A stretch of DNA of 36,347 nt from a virus. Its lineage: Duplodnaviria > Caudoviricetes. Within the stretch, counting starts at the first letter, position 1; each line of letters begins with the position of its first letter. A program made the translations under genes and the position numbers. Location of the stretch: positions 1 to 36,347 of IMG/VR virus record IMGVR_UViG_3300030372_003961, one strand, 5' to 3'. A model generated the notes under the pieces. That model saw only the letters and a program-made list of their open reading frames with translations, was not told where the DNA came from and searched no databases. Of this stretch, positions 26,922 through 36,300 are shown piece by piece.

Positions 26922-27019
26922 AGAAATTAATTTTTGTATTTTTAACTTTAACTTTAACCGCATGTAGCACGCCCAATTATAAAGAGTGTCCTAAACATGC
27001 TAAAACTTGTTATGCATAG
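26918..27019 (+). CDS. Tiny lipoprotein (33 aa)
   Basis: MKKLIFVFLTLTLTA-CSTPNYKECPKHAKTCYA; lipobox LTAC; ATGA overlap with holin. Confidence 0.6.
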   Translation: MKKLIFVFLTLTLTACSTPNYKECPKHAKTCYA

Positions 27020-27028
27020 GTGAAAACA

Positions 27029-27412
27029 ATGTCATTAGTATCATATATCGACGATCAAATTGAAATTATTCGGGCTGAAGTTGAAAAACTAGAAGAGTCA
27101 AAGGCGAAGTATAAGGCCGATATTGAAAAGGCGAAGGAAGCGCTAGAAAGCGTTGATGAGACGCTTAAGAGTGCTAGCCTAGAGGTTACAAAGTGGTCAG
27201 AATTGCTTAAGAAGCATGAAGAAGAAATGGAAGCAAAAATCACAGCGGCTAAACTTCATCTTTCTGGCCTCAGTGGCAGTGATGAGGCAAATGCGTTTGT
27301 TGACCTAATGATTGCGTTTGACATTGATCTATCGGATGAAATTGCAGTAAATGATGATATGGCAGGGGAAGAGTTGGACTATCACGAGTCGACAGTGGCG
27401 GTAGAGACCTGA
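27029..27412 (+). CDS. Acidic coiled-coil protein
   Basis: Heptad E/K-rich region; AGGTGA RBS. Confidence 0.6.
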   Translation: MSLVSYIDDQIEIIRAEVEKLEESKAKYKADIEKAKEALESVDETLKSASLEVTKWSELLKKHEEEMEAKITAAKLHLSGLSGSDEANAFVDLMIAFDIDLSDEIAVNDDMAGEELDYHESTVAVET

Positions 27413-27469
27413 TAACATGCCTGTTAGATAATCTTGGTCTTATAAATGATTGTCTTTCACCTGATTAGC

Positions 27470-27495
27470 AGCCCTCCATAGTGAGGGCTTTTTTA
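27470..27495 (+). terminator. Rho-independent terminator
   Basis: AGCCCTC-CATAGT-GAGGGCT-TTTTT. Confidence 0.85.
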
Positions 27496-27519
27496 TGCCT
27501 ATGTATTATATATTTTTAA

Positions 27520-27548
27520 TTTACATCTTCGGTATTCCGAACTAATAT
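27520..27548 (+). promoter_or_regulatory. Sigma70 promoter with palindromic operator, copy 1
   Basis: TTTACA-17-TAATAT enclosing TTCGGTATTCCGAA (27528-41). Confidence 0.8.
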
Positions 27549-27590
27549 ATATTCATAGTCAAGGCAAACAACAAATCAGGTGAAAGAAAA

Positions 27591-27980
27591 ATGAGAATAT
27601 CAAAAGCAATACGAGCATATAGCCGCGCAATACAAGATGCTAGCGCCAAAAGTTATGGTATCTATGAGATTTGCTACTTTAATCTCGATCAAAAAGATAA
27701 GATTTTAGCTTCGGCTATCGTAAGCCGCTTAGCATGCCGAAAAATTCTAAGCAGGCGTCAACTTTCTGACAGAAAGAATACTACAACATCAAGCGATAGA
27801 GCGGATTGCGTTGCAATACTTGAGATTATTAATAATTCTCAAAGCAATCATTTAAAATCATACATCCCTCTTTTGAAAAAAATATCATTAAATCAGGATA
27901 TCTATGAAGATTGCGGATCAAGCCCAATCGAAATAATTAGGGGCATAAAGCGCTGCATACAATCGGGAGCATTAAGATGA
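27591..27980 (+). CDS. Hypothetical protein
   Basis: 129-aa ORF behind promoter and AGGTGA RBS. Confidence 0.6.
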   Translation: MRISKAIRAYSRAIQDASAKSYGIYEICYFNLDQKDKILASAIVSRLACRKILSRRQLSDRKNTTTSSDRADCVAILEIINNSQSNHLKSYIPLLKKISLNQDIYEDCGSSPIEIIRGIKRCIQSGALR

Positions 27981-28064
27981 GTCGTCACGTTAAGATTGTT
28001 GCCTTATTGTTAATGGTTATCTGTGCTATGGCGGCTGAACATTCAAGTAGTGTAAAATGCGGGC

Positions 28065-28376
28065 ATGACTGCAAAAACCTTACCAGAGATGACAGCCTAC
28101 ATACAATCACGCATAAGAGCCTATGGACGAAATAATGGGGTTCATGAATGGGATTCGTGCATAGAAATTTATGCCGCAATGGTGGGTGAAAAGGCAGATA
28201 TTGTTAGCAGGGTGCTAAAGGCAGAAGAAAGGCCAACAGAGCCTATTTTGCGAAGCCTTATAGGTCATATGGACATATCCTCTGTATATGAAACATCACG
28301 ACTTAAAAGTTGTGACAAGTGCAACCGTGTTACAAAAGAGTATTTATATGTCGTCAAAACAATCTCAAGAGATTAA
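28065..28376 (+). CDS. Hypothetical protein with C-terminal CxxC
   Basis: 103-aa ORF, CDKC. Confidence 0.5.
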   Translation: MTAKTLPEMTAYIQSRIRAYGRNNGVHEWDSCIEIYAAMVGEKADIVSRVLKAEERPTEPILRSLIGHMDISSVYETSRLKSCDKCNRVTKEYLYVVKTISRD

Positions 28377-28509
28377 GCCGTCTCATTTAACACATGAGCA
28401 GTATCAAAGCTATTTAGAATTTATGCGGGTATGTGAGGAGCTAAGCGACAACAGGCCTGAGCATCAGGAAGATATGTTTTTGAATATGGATATTGAGTTA
28501 AATAACTAA
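28348..28509 (+). CDS. Small acidic hypothetical protein
   Basis: MSSKQSQEIKPSHLTHEQYQSYLEF... Confidence 0.4.
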   Translation: MSSKQSQEIKPSHLTHEQYQSYLEFMRVCEELSDNRPEHQEDMFLNMDIELNN

Positions 28510-28526
28510 CAAGTATATATTTTTTA

Positions 28527-28555
28527 TTTACACCTTCGGAATACCGAAGTAATAT
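28527..28555 (+). promoter_or_regulatory. Sigma70 promoter with palindromic operator, copy 2
   Basis: TTTACA-17-TAATAT enclosing TTCGGAATACCGAA (28535-48). Confidence 0.8.
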
Positions 28556-28585
28556 AAACGCACAGTCAAGACAAAGGGGAATCAA

Positions 28586-28801
28586 TTGAACCATCCACAA
28601 AAACTAGTAAGTCGAGTTTTTGAACTAGCAGAATCTAATGGCTTAAGCCAAGCAGATTTATCAAAACTAACAGGACTTAGCGAGTCAACAATAAGCGAGA
28701 CGGCAAAACAAAAAACACTACCAACGCTTAAAACGTTTTTAAAACTTGCTAAGGCCGTAAATATGAAAATAGGTGAAGATGATGAGAAATATTTATTGTA
28801 A
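28586..28801 (+). CDS. XRE-family HTH regulator
   Basis: GLSQADLSKLTGLSESTISE....PTLKTFLKLAKA. Confidence 0.85.
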   Translation: MNHPQKLVSRVFELAESNGLSQADLSKLTGLSESTISETAKQKTLPTLKTFLKLAKAVNMKIGEDDEKYLL

Positions 28802-28845
28802 GGCGTTTAATCGAAATAAAATTAGCGGAATAAGGATCGATAGCG

Positions 28846-29214
28846 ATGAGTAATATAATCCAGGGCGACTTTGGCGCAAAACGATGTCGCAACACTGAAG
28901 CAGAACAGCGTTACAACGCGCCATCTGTTAGCTTGACTGAGCCTGAATTAGATTTTGAGGCTATTGCTATGTCGGACAGAATACTTGATTTAATGGAAGA
29001 CCCAAATGCCGTAGATACCAACTTTTGGTATGACTTCTGGGAAGCTAATAGCGATGTTTGGCAAGAAATGATTAGTGTTAACCATAAAGAAGACATAATA
29101 AGTCTTGATATTGTGAAGCTTAGATACAGGGTGTCGGTCATGTACAACTTTCTTGAAGCATTGCAGCTATCCGCCGAAGCTCAAGCGATAATGGAGAAAA
29201 ACGAAGATGAATAA
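28846..29214 (+). CDS. Hypothetical protein
   Basis: 122-aa acidic ORF, MSNIIQGDFG start. Confidence 0.6.
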   Translation: MSNIIQGDFGAKRCRNTEAEQRYNAPSVSLTEPELDFEAIAMSDRILDLMEDPNAVDTNFWYDFWEANSDVWQEMISVNHKEDIISLDIVKLRYRVSVMYNFLEALQLSAEAQAIMEKNEDE

Positions 29215-29362
29215 TTTAGAGATATTGCTAGTTATTGCGATCATGATGATAAGCATTAGCGGGGTTATTCAATACAGGCAGGACAAGAAAGACAAAGAAG
29301 CTATGGACGCGCTAAAAAAAAGATTGAGAGAGGCGCTAGAAAAGCATGACAAAGCCATTTAG
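29207..29362 (+). CDS. Small single-TM protein (51 aa)
   Basis: MNNLEILLVIAIMMISISGVIQY followed by a charged helix. Confidence 0.5.
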   Translation: MNNLEILLVIAIMMISISGVIQYRQDKKDKEAMDALKKRLREALEKHDKAI

Positions 29363-29454
29363 AGCCAAGCACAACAAAGATTACATCAAGAACGGGCTAG
29401 AAAGTGATAGCGCTAAGCTGGCCAGAAAAGAAAGAGAAAAAGAAGGTGGAAGAG

Positions 29455-29790
29455 ATGAACAAAAAAGAATTGCTAGAAAAGTTTGAAAAGCTTAATGCTG
29501 ATGCTAAAAACGCAGAATGCAACAACTGCTACAACTGCAACTACTGCAACTACTGCAACTACTGTTACAAATGCAACTACTGCAACAACTGCTACAAATG
29601 CGTCAACTGCAACTACTGCAACAACTGCAAAAACTGCCACAACTGCTACAAATGCAACTACTGCGACGAATGCAACAACTGCATTTTATGCAAAAATCTA
29701 AAAGGAAATCGCCACGGTTATTGGCTATTAAACGAACTAGTTACAAGAGAAGAGTTTGAAGCAGCTAAACAGGCTTTAAAAGGTGAATAG
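29455..29790 (+). CDS. Cys-triplet (CxxC)n repeat protein with 20 Cys
   Basis: C at every third residue encoded by 9-nt repeats; charged N-helix; C-terminal YWLLNELVTREEFE. Confidence 0.75.
   Translation: MNKKELLEKFEKLNADAKNAECNNCYNCNYCNYCNYCYKCNYCNNCYKCVNCNYCNNCKNCHNCYKCNYCDECNNCILCKNLKGNRHGYWLLNELVTREEFEAAKQALKGE
29518..29691. repeat. 9-nt tandem repeat (TGC-NAC-NAC)n
   Basis: tgcaacaac/tgcaactac/tgctacaaa units; all three plus-strand frames open. Confidence 0.9.
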
Positions 29791-29807
29791 AGAATAATCA
29801 TTAGGTT

Positions 29808-29816
29808 TGTTATAAT
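29808..29816 (+). promoter_or_regulatory. Extended -10 promoter
   Basis: TGT-TATAAT just upstream of the C4-like RNA. Confidence 0.6.
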
Positions 29817-29820
29817 TGTC

Positions 29821-29881
29821 ATGCGGCTAGGTGTGGAGTAGCTACCCACTGAAAGCCCTTTCCTTGTTCAGGTTGCCGCAT
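29821..29881 (+). ncRNA. C4-like (P1 c4 / P4 CI-type) antisense RNA
   Basis: Closing stem ATGCGGC/GCCGCAT; internal GGAGT and CCTTGTTC complementary to downstream ACTCC (29884-88), GAACAAGG (29892-99) and GAATAAGG (29907-14). Confidence 0.65.
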
Positions 29882-29920
29882 TCACTCCTAAGAACAAGGC
29901 TAAAATGAATAAGGTGAAAA

Positions 29921-30313
29921 ATGAAATATTCTGGATTTACGCCTAAAAAAAGGCGTATAAAAAATATACTATCTAGCCACATCAAGGGATGTTTTTACTG
30001 CGGGAAAGAAACCGAAAACCTTTGCATTGACCATTTTATACCCAAGTCAAATGGCGGAAGTGACCATATATCAAACTTAATGAACTCATGCCGTTCGTGC
30101 AATTCGGCAAAGTCTAATAGATCTTTAGAAGAGTTTAGATATTCAATGATGTGCAAAAACTCTAAATTCAAGGATATTCTTTCAGGCCAGCAAGTCATAA
30201 AGCTTGAGAAAGTAGGTGTCCATATACCCCTTGGTGGACATTTATTTCATTTCGAGTCTTGCGGCTATGAGCCATTAATAACACTAAAAGATTATTCAGG
30301 GGGTGCCGAATGA
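29921..30313 (+). CDS. HNH endonuclease
   Basis: CFYCG...IDHFIPKSNGGSDHISNLMNSCRSCNSAK. Confidence 0.9.
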   Translation: MKYSGFTPKKRRIKNILSSHIKGCFYCGKETENLCIDHFIPKSNGGSDHISNLMNSCRSCNSAKSNRSLEEFRYSMMCKNSKFKDILSGQQVIKLEKVGVHIPLGGHLFHFESCGYEPLITLKDYSGGAE

Positions 30314-31008
30314 ATCATGTTTTTAACGTTGACGAGGCTGTTTTTTTAGGGCTTGAAAAATCCATAATAATGTCAAACTTTCGATTTTGGCTTGAGAAAA
30401 ATAAAGCTAATGGTAAAAACCTCTATGAGGATCATTATTGGACTTATAACAGCTCAAAAGCATTGGCTTCAATATTCCCTTACTGGTCGCAACAAAAGAT
30501 AGCTAGACTTATTAGAGAGCTTGAGTCAGACGGTTATTTGATAAGCAGCAACTTTAATAAGGCGGGATACGATAGAACTAAATGGTATTCAATGCCTGAA
30601 TATTCCATTGCTCAAATGGAAACAAACCATTGTTCAAATTTAAACAATGGAAAGTTTAATTCTAAACAACCTATACCAGATATAAACACAGATAGTAAAA
30701 CAGATACTCCATCCCCTCTTTTGGGTGAGATAGTTGATATGTACTTGTCGATAGTGAAAGACAACTGCAATGCAAAGGGCTGCCTAAAGGATCACTTCTT
30801 GTCTAGCAAGGAAAGGGTCAAGCCACTGTTGGCTAGAATCTCAGAGAACGAGGAGCATCAAAAGGAGGAGTTCTGGCAAGCCTACTTTAACAACTGCAAA
30901 AATATCTCTTGGATACGAGACGGTATAGACGGTGAAGCGGTATGTACTATTGACATGCTGATTAACAAAACAAAGTTCTATCGTAACGTGGAGGCATTCT
31001 GGGCATGA
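30310..31008 (+). CDS. Phage replication initiator protein
   Basis: WTYNS...FPYWS..KI.R....L...GYL...NFNK..YDRTKWY wHTH domain; directly upstream of DnaB. Confidence 0.8.
   Translation: MNHVFNVDEAVFLGLEKSIIMSNFRFWLEKNKANGKNLYEDHYWTYNSSKALASIFPYWSQQKIARLIRELESDGYLISSNFNKAGYDRTKWYSMPEYSIAQMETNHCSNLNNGKFNSKQPIPDINTDSKTDTPSPLLGEIVDMYLSIVKDNCNAKGCLKDHFLSSKERVKPLLARISENEEHQKEEFWQAYFNNCKNISWIRDGIDGEAVCTIDMLINKTKFYRNVEAFWA
30603..30706. other. Putative replication origin (iterons inside initiator gene)
   Basis: Three 22-nt units at 30605, 30627, 30649, each with AAACAA at its 3' end, then CAGATA at 12-nt period (30677, 30689, 30701). Confidence 0.55.
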
Positions 31009-32297
31009 TCGAACAAGCAGAACAAAGCCTATTGGCTTCTATGATCAATAATCCTGGATGCCTGATTGACGTTTTAGAGCTGATTACTCATGAGGACTTT
31101 GCTAGTGATAGGCATCGCAGAATAGCAAGGTCAATTATTGACCTGAATAACGACGGAGCTGTAGACCTGATTGCTGTATCTGAGGCTACAGGCGATTTTG
31201 ATTACATTGTAGATTTAACGTCTAACACTCATCAATACAACCCGGTAATATCCGCGACTATTGTGGAGAGGGAATCTTTTAGGCGTAAGGCTTTGTGTAA
31301 GCTCGAACAAGCGACGAAAGACGTAATCGCTAGCCAATCTATGGATGACTGTTTAAAAGCCGTCAGCGACGCTCTAAGGGGCTTAGAGGTTAAGGTGAAG
31401 TGTGAGGAAAGCTGGCAGGACTCTTTAAGGTCTGCTATTGATCGGCTTGATAGTCGAATGAAGGGGGAAGCGCCTCAAGGGTTGATGACGGGTTTTAATG
31501 CCGTTGACGATCGATTGAACGGAATCAAAGACGGGAACCTTCGTATTGTTGCGGCTAGGCCAGGGATGGGAAAGACTACGCTTGTGCTAAACGAGGCTAT
31601 TGACATAGCAAGTCGAGGCGGAAATGTATTATTTTTTAGCCTTGAGATGTCAAGGGAAGAGCTGGTTGACCGGGCTATATCTTCGATATCAGGGATCAAA
31701 AATCGAAACATTTTAAGGGGCCAGCTTGACGACGACGATCACGCTAAGCTTTTGCTTGGGATGCAGAAACTAAAAGGCATTGACTTGCATATTATCGATC
31801 AGGGCGGAATTGATATTCGTCACGCGGCAAATATCGCCAAGAAGTTTCACCGCGTTAGGCCGCTAGATGCAATCTATTTTGACTATCTACAGCTAATTAG
31901 ATTCAAGTCTGCTACGAGGTTTGACGAAGTGAGCGAGGTTAGCCGACAGCTTAAGGAGTTGGCTAAATCGTTAGGTGCTCCAATAACTGCACTTTCGCAG
32001 CTAAGCAGAAACGTTGAGAGCAGACCAGATAAGAGGCCAATCAATGCAGATCTAAGAGAATCAGGGCAGATAGAGCAAGATGCCGACATTATCCAGTTTA
32101 TATATAGAGACGATTACTATAATAAAGACAGCGATTACCCTGGCATAGCGGAGATTATCACAAGCAAATTTCGAAACGGCGAAGCTGGAACTGACTATCT
32201 TTTAAGTGAGTTGCAATACACCAGATTTAGTAATCTTAATTACGTGCCTCAGCCAAAAGAAAGAGAGCCAGAGTATAAGCCTTACGGGAAAAAATAA
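31005..32297 (+). CDS. dnaB: Replicative DNA helicase DnaB-like
   Basis: AARPGMGKT, FSLEMS, DYLQL, LSQLSR, DLRESGQIEQDAD, KFRNG motifs. Confidence 0.95.
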   Translation: MIEQAEQSLLASMINNPGCLIDVLELITHEDFASDRHRRIARSIIDLNNDGAVDLIAVSEATGDFDYIVDLTSNTHQYNPVISATIVERESFRRKALCKLEQATKDVIASQSMDDCLKAVSDALRGLEVKVKCEESWQDSLRSAIDRLDSRMKGEAPQGLMTGFNAVDDRLNGIKDGNLRIVAARPGMGKTTLVLNEAIDIASRGGNVLFFSLEMSREELVDRAISSISGIKNRNILRGQLDDDDHAKLLLGMQKLKGIDLHIIDQGGIDIRHAANIAKKFHRVRPLDAIYFDYLQLIRFKSATRFDEVSEVSRQLKELAKSLGAPITALSQLSRNVESRPDKRPINADLRESGQIEQDADIIQFIYRDDYYNKDSDYPGIAEIITSKFRNGEAGTDYLLSELQYTRFSNLNYVPQPKEREPEYKPYGKK

Positions 32298-32441
32298 TGA
32301 AAAGAATAGATAGAGAGCTAAGGAGGTGTTTAAAGCGAATTGATATACGTAAGAAAACAAGTTGCTGGTCATATCAAAACTACAGAAAAAATATGATCAA
32401 GCTTTTTAATGATGAAAATTTATTCAGTTTAGGTGAAGACA

Positions 32442-32741
32442 ATGAAAAAGGCAAAAGAAATTATTAATCTTATGCTAAGAGGCGAGGCTTTGACTATTGA
32501 GGAGGTAAAAACCATTAGTCGTTACCACGCACCGGAACAAATACTTGCTTACATAGATAAAAATTACAATTTAATAAAAACAGATATAGGTGTGGGGAGA
32601 AATAAATATATTGTTTATAGTTTGCCTATAACTATTAAAGTCAGAGACATGATGTTATTTACCAATGATAAAGGGTATTTTATATTGCCAGGGGGGCGTG
32701 AGGCTTCATACAAAGATGCTTTAAAATGGGCGGGCTTATAA
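32442..32741 (+). CDS. Hypothetical (possible HTH) protein
   Basis: ATG after AGGTGA RBS; C-terminal FILPGG. Confidence 0.55.
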   Translation: MKKAKEIINLMLRGEALTIEEVKTISRYHAPEQILAYIDKNYNLIKTDIGVGRNKYIVYSLPITIKVRDMMLFTNDKGYFILPGGREASYKDALKWAGL

Positions 32742-32878
32742 TGAAAAAAATACTAATATCGTTCTTTTTGGGTGTTTTATTAGGTTTCGCTATAAGCTGG
32801 TATGAGGGAAAACATGGCGACATATTTTATCAGTATGTGGCTAGATGTATTTCTTTTACTGTTGATCAATGCGATTGA
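32741..32878 (+). CDS. Small membrane protein (45 aa)
   Basis: MKKILISFFLGVLLGFAISWY...; TAATG coupling. Confidence 0.45.
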   Translation: MKKILISFFLGVLLGFAISWYEGKHGDIFYQYVARCISFTVDQCD

Positions 32879-33022
32879 TTGGCGACTAATTTGTTTAACT
32901 GATAAAATATAGGTATTAAAAAAAGGGTTTTCTAATGTCAGAATGTAAATATTGCATGTATCTAAGGTTTAATTTGTTTGTGCTTAGCGTTATGTCTGCC
33001 TTGTGGGCTGGAAACGCTTTAG

Positions 33023-33340
33023 GTGCCGTCGTTGGAGGTTAAACACCCTATAAGGTTCATCGCTTCAACGCTTAGCGGGGTTGTGGCGTTGAACTTCGTA
33101 TTCACGGCGGGGTTTGTTTATAACAATCTTGACAGGGATTGGGCAAAGCTAAAAGCTTACAAGGAAACGATAAAGAAAAGCGCTCAAGATCGGATAGATG
33201 ACCTTGAAAGGATATTGGAGCTAGAAAAGGAATTAAAGCGTGTAAATATTGAGCTTAAGCGGCTGGAAGCTCATCAAAAAAATAGGGATGAGCAAGTAAA
33301 CGACCAGTTAAGGCATATTAATCAAAGGTTAAATAGGTAA
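33023..33340 (+). CDS. TM + coiled-coil protein
   Basis: One hydrophobic helix followed by heptad repeats; TAATG-coupled to the giant ORF. Confidence 0.55.
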   Translation: MPSLEVKHPIRFIASTLSGVVALNFVFTAGFVYNNLDRDWAKLKAYKETIKKSAQDRIDDLERILELEKELKRVNIELKRLEAHQKNRDEQVNDQLRHINQRLNR

Positions 33341-36300
33341 TGGCGGCATTAGTAGCTAATCTTGATCAAGCAGCGGCGCTCGATAATACCGACATGACTT
33401 TAGCCGCAGTTGCGGGCGCTGATTATGCGTTTCCAACTGACGGCGGTAGTCAGCGAGGTATTGACGGCACTACAAACTGTCAGCAGCTTACTAATGAGGG
33501 TAACTCGCTTGTAGCTGATGACTGGTATTCTGGGTATGTAACGTTTGCGTCAAAAGATATGTCGAGCGTCGATCAAGCGTTTTGCATGCACTTTAAAAAT
33601 AATAGCCCGGACTACAATACAATAGCAGATATACGTGTAGCGCTTCGCTCTGGAACTGGCACTGCAAATTGGGGTGTTTGGAATGTTGGCGCTTCCGCAA
33701 CTATCAAAAACGGCTCATTCCACCCCATTATGATGGTTGGGACTCCCGATTCCGAAGTTGGGACTTTTGATAATACTGATGTGACGGGTTTTGCTTTTTT
33801 AGCCCAGGCTAGCGAAACCGGAGGTGCTTTTGGGTTTCAAATGTCGGTAGATCAGCTAGTTTACATTAACGGGCCAGCAAGATGTGGTGATACAGGGTCG
33901 CCCTCAACGGTCACGCTTGAAAATTATTTTGATTTACTCAAGCCCACATCTGGTACCACTTACCATAGTATGTTGGTTGCTAGAGCGGGTCCGACTATCG
34001 AGTTCGGATTTCCTATTGCTATAGAGTCTGATGATTATGACGACACTAGCGCAGCTTTAGGCATTGCGTTTAAAGAAGATGACGGGATCGCTTTTGGTGT
34101 TATGCCAGCAGGGTACTATCAGCTTGATATAACTGGTCAAGCCAGCGGCTCAATTGTAATAGAGAGTGCGTCTTTAGCTACAAACTCAACCGATTTTGAT
34201 CTCACGATAGACGGTTCCGCGGCAAGTACAAGTGTGACGATGACATCTGTGTTAATGGCAGGGGTTAGAAATGTCAGCATCACGGGTAGCGGTGTCACGA
34301 TGGAAGGTTGCACGGTGGCATCGCCTTTAACTTGCGAAATAGCTGAAGGAAATCTTGATATAACTATCACTGATAGTGCAGCGGCGATTGACTGGACGGC
34401 TGATATTGTGGCAGGGTCAACCATAACTACAGATTCAGACATAGATATTACGTTTTCTGAAACCGATCTTAGCGATATTAATATTGTTGTCACTGCAAAT
34501 AATACAATTACATTAAGTCCTGCAACTGCATCTGGTACGTATACCTTAACCGGATTATCTAGGGGTGGCGCTACAAGTATTGAGTTTGATAACGCTACAG
34601 CAAACAACACATCGTTAAGCGTATCATCCGATATTAATTCAAATAATACCGTGGCAAGTCCGACTTCTGGCGGTGGTACAGTCACGGTTTTAGGCCCTAC
34701 GGATGACTTGACAGTTAATTCTAGTGAAACGGGGTCTCAGATAATTGTATTTACGACCAATACACAAACAGAGCTAGATAGCGAGGCGTCCGCGTCCCAG
34801 TTAGTCTATTCACATGGTGGTGAAACTGTAGATATTACAGTGCTTAAAGATGGGTTTATCCCGTTTAGGCAGACAGGTTTAGTGTTGTCAGGCGACGTAA
34901 CTATTGACGCTCAACTGGTAAATAGCCGTGAATATGATTCCGGTCATGGATTAACGTATACGACAGATGCTAGCTGGTCACGAACAAATAACGAGCTAAC
35001 TGTACCAACGTTCGGGCCTACGGTTCAGGGAGTATTTAGCTTGATGATGGAAAGCTTCAGGACTCAGACCGCATTAAGAAACACCGCATTCAATTTAGAG
35101 ATGGACGGTATTAACACGCTTTATCTGGTTGATGACGCAGAGGGTAACGCAGACTCAAGCATCGAAAACATGACGCGTGGCGGTGTTGGTTACATTAATT
35201 CTAGCGGTACAGTCACGGCAGAGTGGTTTGCTGTTTTGTCAGTTGGCGATAATACAGCGGGCGAGACCGGCGAGTATCAACAGATTGATGGGTCAAACAC
35301 TACAGACGCAAGAGCGACCGGAAATTTTGACGAAATAGTCAAAATGTATGGTGATGCTACACACGGTAATTTTGATTATCGCGGTCATGCCGTATTTAAG
35401 TATCAAATCAATGGATACTATCAGGCTCGTATTGATGTTTTGGATTTGTTTGGGTTGTCAACGCTAACGCCAACGCTTTACACAATTCCGCTATCCCCGG
35501 CTGCTACAGGCATTGCTACAGGTGATCCCGCAATATCAATCACTATTACAGATCATACAGCCGCCCCAATTACAGTGGGCGGTAAGAGTTTTGATTATGA
35601 GGTGGTGGATAACGGCACAAACAGCGCTGAGGATATATTGAGAGAGATTAACTATAACCTTTCTCTTGATGCTACTTACCAGGGCAAAGACCCGTTTAAC
35701 TATCCCGATATGGTTATTGAGACGGGCGGCAACTATGAATCTGAGTATGGCCGAGTAGAGGGGCAAGATACTACAACGACGTACCATGGTTTTTATGTGT
35801 CGAGGTCAAGTTCTGACCATCCTGATTTCACTCGTTTTCAGTCGAATGACGGCACTTACTATACGCCAGCAGTTCAAAATCAGGCGACTATAACTAACTT
35901 ACCTACGGCGTCAGGAGCAGACACAATGCTTCAAATTTATAATAATACGACCTCAAGCGAGGTTTATGTATCAGACCCCGGGGGAGCTACATACAATGAA
36001 ATCTACACCGAGGGGACAAATTATTCTGACGGGGACGAAATAAGAATTAGATTTGCAGAGCTTGACGGTTCAGTTTCATTCAAAAGTTTTGAGACAATTG
36101 TCACCGCTAGCGCAACTGGATGGAGCTTAAACGCTGCAAACTTCTTAGTTTCTGACAGCGTATATGCCACTAACGCTGTTGATGGGTCGCAAGTAACTAA
36201 ATTTAATTATTCCGCAGTTGATGACCAGTTCAATTTGGCGGTAGCTCAAAACTTTAGCGCTGCAGAGGTTTTCGCTTTTTATTGTTCAACCTTGACCACT

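Noticed and set aside
29483-29759. Poly-TA (antifreeze-like) and poly-QL ORFs
   Set aside because: Alternative frames of the 9-nt repeat; only the Cys frame has an RBS and protein-like caps at both ends.
34137-35787. Minus-strand ORFs 34137..34685 and 35536..35787
   Set aside because: Antisense shadows of the giant plus-strand ORF.
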